In this document: piece after piece, positions 31,980 to 40,014 of the stretch | How the letters are laid out: each line of letters opens with the position of its first letter | Position numbering within the stretch: the stretch's first letter is position 1 | Source of the DNA: a candidate division FCPU426 bacterium | Lineage (GTDB): Bacteria; Oederibacteriota; Muellerivitia; Muellerivitales; Muellerivitaceae | Assembly (NCBI GenBank): GCA_963771075.1 | Contig: CAVYSE010000017.1 | Location: forward strand, 32,001 to 96,000 | DNA length: 64,000 nt | Direction of reading: 5' to 3' | Notes under the pieces: model-generated | The model's database searches: none | The model's input: only the letters and a program-made list of their open reading frames with translations | Told to the model about the DNA's origin: nothing | Position numbers and translations under genes: made by a program

Positions 31980-32057
31980 ATTCTACTTGCGGCTCAAAAG
32001 GAATTCGTCCGTGGAAAATGAGGGTTTGCGGGCCCGTCCCTCCGTAAAAAATACTGA
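31980..32057 (-). promoter_or_regulatory. Conserved tandem operator plus -10 element (site 3)
   Basis: TCCGTGGAAAATGAGGG at 32008, TCCGTAAAAAATACTGA at 32041; TAGAAT (minus) at 31980-31985. Confidence 0.75.
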
Positions 32058-32276
32058 AGACTCTGGAGTTTCATCCCTCTTTTCGTCCCCAAGCGCCCGC
32101 TTCGCCCGGACGCCCGCCATCTAGGAAATCCTTGGCGGAAAACAGTAAGATGAAGGAGCGAAACCCTTTTGCGGGCGAAACGGCTTTTGTGCCTTGGTGG
32201 AGACCGCGGGGTGGGTATGAAGCCGCGAACCGGGGAGTAAGCCCTCACCCCTAGAGATCAAAAAGGTTGAATCGCC

Positions 32277-33326
32277 ATGAAACCCAACGGTCCATCCCCC
32301 GAGCCTTCAGCGCATCCGGCCCGGCCCGGCCTGAAGACGGCCTTCTCCGGTTTTTTCACCCGCCGCAACCTGGTCTGGATCTTTTTGGGTTTCGCGGTGG
32401 GAGGCTTCGCCCTTTTCCAGTCCGTCCGGTATTCCTTTCTTCCCGACGGCCTGAACGAACCCGTCATCCAGGGGCCGCTGGATCTGCAGGAACCCCCGGT
32501 CCAAGCCTCCGCGCCCCCGCCCGGCGTGAACCCGGGGAACAACCCGGCCTTCCGGATGGCCGTGGCGCCCCTGATCTCCCCCGAAAATTCCTTCACCCTC
32601 TATTCACCCTTCGTGAAATACCTGGCGGAACAGTTGGGAAAAAAACCCCAATTGATCCAGCGGCAAACCAACGCGGAGGTGAACGAACTGGTGCGGGACA
32701 ACGACTGCGACATCGCCATCGTCGGCGATTACGCCTACATGCGGGGAGAGCGGGATTTCGGCATGACAGCCTTGGTGGTTCCGCAAATAAAGGGGGCCGT
32801 CACCTACCAATCTTACATCCTGGTCTCCAAATCCTCCCAAGCCCGGTCCCTGCTCGACTTGAAAGGCGAGAAATTCGCCTCGGCGGACATCCTGTCCAAC
32901 ACGGGCTGGCTCTTTCCCGCCGTTTGGTTGAAAGAACACGGGCAGGACCCGGACCATTTCTTCCTCAAACACCTGATCACCGGCAGCAATGACCGGTCGA
33001 TTCAAGCGGTCATGGAGGGCCTGGCGGATGGCGCGGCGGTGAACAGCCAGGTTTACGACCTGGCCGCCGCGAAAAACCCCCTCATCCCATCCTCCACCCG
33101 CATCATTCAAAAATCCCCCCTCTACGGCGCCCCCCCCATCGTCATATCCAGGAACATGGATCCCAAATGGAGGGACGCGATCCTGCAGGCCCTCCTGGGC
33201 ATGCACCTAGACCCGATCGGGCGCATCATTCTTTCCTGCCTCAAGATCGACCGGTACCGGATTCCCGCCCCCGGGCTCTATGACAGCGTTCGCGCCAACG
33301 CGAAATATTTCGAGGCGGCCCCATGA
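32277..33326 (+). CDS. PhnD/SsuA-like periplasmic binding protein (AioX-like sensor accessory)
   Basis: TM anchor; MAVAPLISP, YQSYILV, SNTGW, SNDRSIQAV, DGAAV, SPLYGAPP. Confidence 0.82.
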   Translation: MKPNGPSPEPSAHPARPGLKTAFSGFFTRRNLVWIFLGFAVGGFALFQSVRYSFLPDGLNEPVIQGPLDLQEPPVQASAPPPGVNPGNNPAFRMAVAPLISPENSFTLYSPFVKYLAEQLGKKPQLIQRQTNAEVNELVRDNDCDIAIVGDYAYMRGERDFGMTALVVPQIKGAVTYQSYILVSKSSQARSLLDLKGEKFASADILSNTGWLFPAVWLKEHGQDPDHFFLKHLITGSNDRSIQAVMEGLADGAAVNSQVYDLAAAKNPLIPSSTRIIQKSPLYGAPPIVISRNMDPKWRDAILQALLGMHLDPIGRIILSCLKIDRYRIPAPGLYDSVRANAKYFEAAP

Positions 33327-34783
33327 AGGGCGCTCCCGCGAGAACCCGGCCCCACCTTGGGTGGGTGCGCCGCGTCTTATCGGTTCCCATTTTCTGGAAA
33401 GTCCTGGGCATCGGGATGGTGGTGGCGATGCTGTTCGGGTCCGTGACCTTCTGGCAGTCGCGCACCTCCACGTTGAAAATCCTCCACCGGAATCTCACCC
33501 AGCGTTCGCTCGAGCTGGCCCGCTCCCTGGCCGTCCAGGTGGAATTGCCCCTCTTAATTGACAACACGATGTACATCCAGGAGATCCTGGCCCATTACAT
33601 GGAAACCATACCCGATATCCGCTATATCGTCGTCCACGACACCACGGGAAAAATCGTGGCCCATACCTTCCGCCAGGGCGTTCCGGAAAGCCTGCTCAAG
33701 GCTGAAACCATCCCCCCCGGGCAGGAAAGCCTTTCACGGGTCTTCACCAACTCCAACGGCCTGCTTTTCGATACGGTTTATCCCATCCTCCAGAACCAGG
33801 CGGGCGAGCTCGAGGTGGCGCTGACGGACCAGTCGGTCGTGGGCCAATTGTCCATGTTGAGCCGGGCCATTCTCTGGACCCTGGTTTTTTGCGTGGTCGT
33901 GGGGATCGGCTTGGCCTGGGTCCTGACCCACGTATTGACCCTGCCCCTCCACCACCTGGACCAGGCCGCCCATACCCTGGGCGAGGGAACATTCTCCGCC
34001 AAGTCGGAGATTTTTTACGACGATGAGATTGGGCGTCTGGCCTCCACCTTCAACCAAATGGCGAGCAACCTGGAAAAATACCGCCGGGAAATACTCGAGA
34101 AGGATAAAACCAGGCTCTTCCTTCTGGACAAGATCGTGCGGGCCCAGGAGGAGGAGCGCCGGACGATCTCCCGGGAACTCCACGACCAGATGGGCCAATC
34201 GCTTTCCGCGATCCTTTTCTCCCTTCAATCCGAAGGCAAATCCGGGGACGGCTCCCCCGGCAGCCACAAGCCCTTGGAAGTCAAATTGCGCGCACTCATT
34301 GGGGACGTCCAGAAGCTGGCCTGGAATATGCGCCCTTCCATCTTGGATGATTACGGGTTGGATTCGAGCCTGGCGCGTTACGCCGAGGAAATGTCCCGGC
34401 AGTTGGGAATCCCCATCGATTACCAACACCTGGGCCCCCCGGAGCACCACCGGTTACCGGAGCGCGTGGAAACCACCCTTTACCGCATCACCCAGGAAGC
34501 CGTCACCAACATCGCGAGACACGCGGCCGCCACCCGCGCCAGTATCGTGGTGATCCATCAGCTTGATAATGTGACCCTTTTGGTGGAGGATAACGGCCGC
34601 GGGTTCAAGGCCGACGATAAGGCGAAAGACGGGCTCCATAGCCTGGGGCTCACGGGCATGAGGGAAAGAGCCGGACTTCTGGGCGGGACCTGTGTCGTGG
34701 AGTCCGAGGTGGGAAAGGGTACCGCCGTGCGGATTCAAATACCCCTGGAAAAGGAGATGGGCTCATGGCAATCCGCGTCCTGA
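33323..34783 (+). CDS. Membrane sensor histidine kinase (HAMP, HisKA_3, HATPase)
   Basis: Two TM helices; DEIGRLA; QEEERRTISRELHDQMGQ; QEAVTNIARHA; EDNGRGF; GLTGMRER. Confidence 0.93.
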   Translation: MKGAPARTRPHLGWVRRVLSVPIFWKVLGIGMVVAMLFGSVTFWQSRTSTLKILHRNLTQRSLELARSLAVQVELPLLIDNTMYIQEILAHYMETIPDIRYIVVHDTTGKIVAHTFRQGVPESLLKAETIPPGQESLSRVFTNSNGLLFDTVYPILQNQAGELEVALTDQSVVGQLSMLSRAILWTLVFCVVVGIGLAWVLTHVLTLPLHHLDQAAHTLGEGTFSAKSEIFYDDEIGRLASTFNQMASNLEKYRREILEKDKTRLFLLDKIVRAQEEERRTISRELHDQMGQSLSAILFSLQSEGKSGDGSPGSHKPLEVKLRALIGDVQKLAWNMRPSILDDYGLDSSLARYAEEMSRQLGIPIDYQHLGPPEHHRLPERVETTLYRITQEAVTNIARHAAATRASIVVIHQLDNVTLLVEDNGRGFKADDKAKDGLHSLGLTGMRERAGLLGGTCVVESEVGKGTAVRIQIPLEKEMGSWQSAS

Positions 34784-35418
34784 TCGCCGACGACCATGCG
34801 GTCTTTCGCAGCGGCCTCAAGGCCCTTTTGGAAAAAGAAAAGGATATCACCGTGGTGGGGGAAACGGGGACGGGCCTGGAGACCATCAAGACCGCGGCCA
34901 AGACCCCACTGGACGTGCTTTTACTCGATATCAGCCTTCCCGACATCCCGGGCTCCAAGGTGGCCGAATCGGTTTTGCAGGATCATCCCCAAATGGCGAT
35001 CGTTATCTTGACCATGCACGCGGACGAATATTACCTTCAGGAAATGCTGAAAATCGGGGTTCGAGGTTACATGCTTAAAAAATCATCGGGAGCGGATTTG
35101 ATCCAGGCCATCCGGGCCGCCCACCGGGGCGAATCCTACCTGGACCCCGCCTTGGCTTCCAATGTCATCAACTCTTACGTAGGCGCCGGAAAAGGAAAAA
35201 GAAAAACGGGGCGGTTGGACCTTTTGACCCGCAGGGAGCAGGAAATATGCGCCTTGCTGGCGTTCGGCCACACGAACGGGGAAATTGCCGAAAAACTTTC
35301 CATTTCCGAGCGGACGGTGGAAACTCACCGCGTCAACATCCTTTCGAAACTGGGGCTCAAAAGTCGGGCCGAATTGGTTCGGTTCGCCATCGACAACAGC
35401 CTGGTGAAGTTCACATAG
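34765..35418 (+). CDS. NarL/LuxR-family response regulator
   Basis: IADDH, LLDISLP, LTMH, LTRREQE, TVETHRVNILSKLG. Confidence 0.95.
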   Translation: MAIRVLIADDHAVFRSGLKALLEKEKDITVVGETGTGLETIKTAAKTPLDVLLLDISLPDIPGSKVAESVLQDHPQMAIVILTMHADEYYLQEMLKIGVRGYMLKKSSGADLIQAIRAAHRGESYLDPALASNVINSYVGAGKGKRKTGRLDLLTRREQEICALLAFGHTNGEIAEKLSISERTVETHRVNILSKLGLKSRAELVRFAIDNSLVKFT

Positions 35419-35527
35419 CCGGCTTTTCAATGACAACCTAAAAACCTATTGGAATTGTTTTTTCCGGTGCCACGAACCCTTTCGGGGCGACCCCACAAGG
35501 GTTGGCCCCCGGTTCAAGTCACCCGCC

Positions 35528-36390
35528 TTATTTTTTTATCATAAAAGGCACGATGAGCGAGTCATAGGCTTGGCTCCAAACCCGGTATCGCTCATCCGCG
35601 TCCTTCGAGGTCATCAACTCGTTGACCCTTTCCTCCGGCATGAAATTCTTGTTCGAATTCAAGACGTCGATTTTCAACTGTTCGTTCAGGACGTCGTCTT
35701 GGTAAGGCAGGGATAATTTCTGGCAATGGTTGATCCAGACATTCTCATAAAAATTCCAGGCGTCCTTCCGGGTTTCCTGTTCCACCAGGTCCTGCTCCAG
35801 GATAAACGTATCGCGGCCGATCTTGCCATGCAAGGCCCGCTGGCACACCTTGATGTACGCGGCAGATTTTCTGGCGTTGAAAAGCTCGAAAATCGTTTGG
35901 TACCACAACATGGGGCCGTCTTTGGATTTTCCCTTCAGTTCAGCCTGGTCTTTCAGCGAGCCGACGCCTCCGTAATCTTTGGAAATATAAATGTGGATCT
36001 TGGAATCTGGCGGCCCAAAGGTGACGCCCCCGTCCAGGTCGGCATCCTGCGGGTTGGAAGGCGATGGATCCCACTGAACCTCGACTCGTGAAATTTCCCC
36101 CGCGAATTGCCGGACGGTCCAGTTCCAGAGGTCATCCCCCACGTTGATATAGGGCGCCATGACGGGCCGGTCTTTGAGCATTTTCCGCAATTGCTTTTCC
36201 CCCCACTTCAACCGCTCCGGGGATAAGTCGCGGGGGGTTCCGTAGATGAGTTTGATTTCATCATCGCACCATTGATTGACTTGTTGGGGGCTCAAACCGC
36301 CCCATACCCCCGCTTCTTTGCAAAAAGACGGGTGGGGGAAAAAAGAAGGCCCCCTACACACAAGCCTAATAGAATCGCCGTTCGCTTCAT
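35528..36390 (-). CDS. Secreted hypothetical protein with a probable 1-bp deletion after the signal peptide
   Basis: ATG at 36390 gives MKRTAILLGLCVGGLLFSPTRLFA; the long ORF continues in another frame; span 863 = 3n-1. Confidence 0.6.
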
Positions 36391-36535
36391 TCCAGTACTT
36401 TTCATGATGAATCGCCTCGCTTTCTTGGAACGCTTTTCTAGATTTCTTTCATTCAGAATTTGAGCGGGACCAGATTTCCCATAAACCGCAAGGCCGCGTC
36501 ATATTGTAAACCTGCCGTCCTCGGTCCTTCTTTTT

Positions 36536-37735
36536 TTAAGAGCTTTTCTTGGTTGAAGAAAGCCACGGGGGCAAGAGACGGGTCAAGACCCAAAGAATCA
36601 AGAAGGGCAGGATCAAAAGGAACCCGGCGATCAAAAACCCTTCCCGGCCCCATAATTCGGGTTCAAAGGTTCGAAGGCCCTCCCAACTCTTGGAAAAAAG
36701 CTGGCCTCCGATGACCATATTACAACGGTCCGCGAACACGCCGATGAGCACGAGGAAGGCGGAAACCAAATGGAACCACTCCCGCGTTTTTTCGGGAATT
36801 TTGAAGGCCTGGGTGCTGCCCAAGAGGGCGAGGGGCAAAAGCGTCCCCAGGCCTAATTGGATGACGATCAGGGATTGGAATAACTTCTCAAAAACCAGCT
36901 GGAACAGGATATTAAGGGATTCTTCCGAAGCGTAAAACCGGTGGGCCCCATCCAGCCCTTCCAGGGCAAAATCCACGATCAAGAGGTAAAAAAGAAATTT
37001 CCCCATCACGTCCAGGCAGGGCATTTGGAGGGGCACTTTCCGTATGAGGCTGGTCACAAAATAAACCACCATCATCAGGGCGATGCCCGAAACAATGGCG
37101 GAAAACATGAAGTTCACCGACATCATGGCCGACCCCCACCAGGGGTTGGATTTGACGGTGCTGAAAATGAGGGCCACATAGCCCGGCAGGAATAAGGCCG
37201 CCGGAATGCCGATGGTCCCGATCACCTTTCCCGCCTTTTGGTCGATGGCCAGGGCTTTTTCGGAAGTGTCCTTCACCCCGAGCGTAAGCAGGCCATAAAA
37301 TCGGCCCATCCATCCGGGTTTGGTTTTGGAAAACCCCACCAAGTCCGCCCGGTAGTTGTACCAAATCTCCAGGAACATCACGATCAAATAGGCCCCATAA
37401 ACGAACCCAAACATGGCCATGGGGGATGTCCAATGCGGGGTGATCAGAATTTCAAAACCCCTCAAGGGGTGTTCCAGGTGGAACAAGAGCGGGAGAGGCG
37501 CGACCAGGAGCAGGGAAAGGGAGGTTAGCATCGCCAGGCGTTGAATGGGCCTGATGTCATGAAACTTGAAAACCTTCTCCAGGGAAACCAGGATGAATGC
37601 ACCCGCCTCCAGGCCCACCAAATAGGGATAGATCACGATCAGGATGCTCCAAATCAATACCGACTCATTGGGGTAAATGTAACCCATGATCGGATGGAAA
37701 GGTTCGAAGAGGGACCGCCCCGTTTGGATATCCAT
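36536..37735 (-). CDS. NrfD/PsrC-family membrane subunit (copy 2)
   Basis: Collinear paralog of 28982-30184; true start MDIQTG overlaps the upstream TAA. Confidence 0.88.
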   Translation of the reverse strand: MDIQTGRSLFEPFHPIMGYIYPNESVLIWSILIVIYPYLVGLEAGAFILVSLEKVFKFHDIRPIQRLAMLTSLSLLLVAPLPLLFHLEHPLRGFEILITPHWTSPMAMFGFVYGAYLIVMFLEIWYNYRADLVGFSKTKPGWMGRFYGLLTLGVKDTSEKALAIDQKAGKVIGTIGIPAALFLPGYVALIFSTVKSNPWWGSAMMSVNFMFSAIVSGIALMMVVYFVTSLIRKVPLQMPCLDVMGKFLFYLLIVDFALEGLDGAHRFYASEESLNILFQLVFEKLFQSLIVIQLGLGTLLPLALLGSTQAFKIPEKTREWFHLVSAFLVLIGVFADRCNMVIGGQLFSKSWEGLRTFEPELWGREGFLIAGFLLILPFLILWVLTRLLPPWLSSTKKSS

Positions 37736-38520
37736 TATTTCACCGCCATATCGAGGCCCACGTAGTAAACCTTCGGTTGGGTCCCCATGTAGGGTTTCAA
37801 CACCTGGATCTGGTTCTCCGCCAGGAAGGCATGGATGGGGCTTTGGGGGTCCTTCAGGTCGCCGAATTTCCGGGTGCCTGTGGGACAAACCTCCACGCAG
37901 GCCGGCTGGAGTCCGCGAGTAATCCGGTGGTAGCAAAAGGTGCACTTCTCGGCGGAGTGGGTGATCGGGCTGAAGAACCGGCAGCCGTAAGGACAGGTCT
38001 CCACGCAGAAACCGCAGCCGATGCAGTAATTGGTATCCACCAGGTCCACCCCATCCGGGGAACGGAAGGTGGCTCCCGTCGGACAAACCTGGGAGCAGGG
38101 GGAATTCGCGCAATGGTTGCACATTTTAGGCAGGAAAAAGGTCCGGTCCTCCCCTTGAAGCTTGGCGATGGGCGGAAAGCCATCCTTCCCCCCGTTGGGC
38201 GAGTCGATATAAACCACTTGGCCGTTCCTTGCCTCGTACCTTTCCACCCAGGTCCTGAAATAATGGGGCTCGTCGGGCACGCCATTTTCCGCCTTGCAGG
38301 CGGCCACGCAGCTTCCGCACCCAATGCACTTCTCCACGTCAATGCAGTAGCACCAATTATGGTCCTCGGGTTTGTAGCCTTCCGGAAGGACATCGGCGCC
38401 CCGGGCCTTTCGCGGGGCCCAGAAAAACAAGCCCGAGAGAACGGAAGACACCACTGCGGAACATTTCAAGGCCAACTTCATGAACTGCCTGCGGGAGAGG
38501 GTCTCGGTCACCAGTTTCAT
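37735..38520 (-). CDS. NrfC/PsrB-type 4x[4Fe-4S] protein, Tat-exported (copy 2)
   Basis: SRRQFMK; four Cys clusters; ends VYYVGLDMAVK like copy 1. Confidence 0.92.
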   Translation of the reverse strand: MKLVTETLSRRQFMKLALKCSAVVSSVLSGLFFWAPRKARGADVLPEGYKPEDHNWCYCIDVEKCIGCGSCVAACKAENGVPDEPHYFRTWVERYEARNGQVVYIDSPNGGKDGFPPIAKLQGEDRTFFLPKMCNHCANSPCSQVCPTGATFRSPDGVDLVDTNYCIGCGFCVETCPYGCRFFSPITHSAEKCTFCYHRITRGLQPACVEVCPTGTRKFGDLKDPQSPIHAFLAENQIQVLKPYMGTQPKVYYVGLDMAVK

Positions 38521-38963
38521 GGGTTCTCCGGATGATGGGGATTGTGACAGCTCAGGCAATCCACGTCGGGATTATGCTCGGCCTCGATCACCTGGGGAAA
38601 GGACTTCCGGCGAAATTCGTTCATACCGTGGCACTTGAGGCACCGGATATTCGTTAAGGTCGTGACAGGAGCGGAAACGGTGGGATCCTCCACGTGGGCC
38701 TCGGAAGGCCCATGGCAATTTTCGCAGCTGATGCCGGCGTGCTTGGAATGGTTGATTTCCTTCACCTTTGCGTCATGGCAATCCACGCAGGCTTTTTTGC
38801 CCGCAAAATGGATGGGTTTGGACGCTAGCTCGCCCAAAGCCGCACCCCGGTAATGGCCGTATTGACCAAAGGAAGCCGGATAAAAATAAGCCCGAACCAC
38901 CAGGAAAAGCACAAGCAGGGTCAGCACGATCACGAAGGGTTTCCAGATTTGCTCGGGAATCAT
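38517..38963 (-). CDS. Membrane-anchored tetraheme cytochrome c (copy 2)
   Basis: CVDCH, CENCH, CLKCH, CLSCH; paralog of 30966-31412. Confidence 0.88.
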   Translation of the reverse strand: MIPEQIWKPFVIVLTLLVLFLVVRAYFYPASFGQYGHYRGAALGELASKPIHFAGKKACVDCHDAKVKEINHSKHAGISCENCHGPSEAHVEDPTVSAPVTTLTNIRCLKCHGMNEFRRKSFPQVIEAEHNPDVDCLSCHNPHHPENP

Positions 38964-39050
38964 TTTTACTCCGCCCATAGGGGGTGAATCGGTCTAGGAG
39001 TGGAATAAAGCCCCACCCCAGCGCGACAGCCGACCACCCGATGATTTCGA

Positions 39051-39419
39051 TTACTTCGTAGCCGCTATCCCCTGCAAGGAACGGAGATATTGGACCACAT
39101 CGGCGATTTCTTGCGCTGTCAGCTTGCCCGTGTATTTCGGCATTTTTTTCTTGCCGACGGCGATGGACTTGGCGGTGGCCTCGTCGGTCAATTTCACCAC
39201 GGTGGGCCGGGTCATATCCAAGGACGAGGGGTCCACTTTCAAAAGCGTGGACATCTTGACCACGCCCTTGGCGTCCTTGCCATGGCACGAAGCACACTTG
39301 GCGCCATAATTTTGCTGGGCCGCCGTCAGGTCCGCCCCTTGGGCGTAAGTGGAGTTGAAAAGAAGGACTGATAGAAGAATGCCTAAAAACACCACGATTT
39401 CCCGGATGTGCTGTTTCAT
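39051..39419 (-). CDS. Periplasmic monoheme cytochrome c (paralog 1)
   Basis: CASCH; KMPKYTGKLTAQEIADVVQYLR shared with 31518-31886. Confidence 0.9.
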   Translation of the reverse strand: MKQHIREIVVFLGILLSVLLFNSTYAQGADLTAAQQNYGAKCASCHGKDAKGVVKMSTLLKVDPSSLDMTRPTVVKLTDEATAKSIAVGKKKMPKYTGKLTAQEIADVVQYLRSLQGIAATK

Positions 39420-39505
39420 TTTTTTCTCCTGTTGAAAATGATGTAAACCTTGGATAAAAAGAGCGCGTTTGGTTGAATTAAAAACCTTTGCCTTTTGTTG
39501 AACGA

Positions 39506-39583
39506 ATTCTACTCACGGGAAAAAAAGAATTCGTCCGTGGAAAAGGACGTTTTGTGGCCTGCGCGCTCCGTAAAAAGTACTGA
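39506..39583 (-). promoter_or_regulatory. Conserved tandem operator plus -10 element (site 4)
   Basis: TCCGTGGAAAAGGACGT at 39534, TCCGTAAAAAGTACTGA at 39567; TAGAAT (minus) at 39506-39511. Confidence 0.75.
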
Positions 39584-40014
39584 CCCAGCGGCGTTCGATA
39601 CCTGTTTTCTCCCGAATGGGCTTTCCCGCACGGCCCCGAAGCGTCCCGGAAACCCCTGCGGATCATAATGTGATAAGTGAAAAGGACGAGCTATCGGGAG
39701 CGGCGGGCCTTTTTCCTTCTTTGTATAAATGGCAGGAAGGGAATGAAACCATGGGCCGCGATTAAATGGGTTGTCGCCAGCAGACAGCTAAAAAGCAAAT
39801 GTATGAGCCAAATCCCGATTGATTCCGATATGCAGAGATTTTTCCCACCCATTCTTTTCTTCTCCAGGGTCCGTCTTGATCTTCTCCATTACTTTCTTGA
39901 AACTAATAGCAAGCTTTCGACTGTTGGTTGATAATACCAGCTTCTCATTCGGTTTGCGGCCATGGCCCCCCAAGCAACTGGCCGGTAAATTTCACCTAGG
40001 GAAAGAAGGAAAAA

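Noticed and set aside
32277..33326. Phosphonate ABC transporter
   Set aside because: No phnC/phnE nearby; the gene is coupled to a kinase
36536..38122. 528-aa NrfD with a long N-terminal extension
   Set aside because: The extension overlaps the Fe-S gene in another frame; the paralog supports a start at 37735
28982..39583. Module duplication as an assembly artefact
   Set aside because: The copies differ at many synonymous and non-synonymous sites and have different flanks
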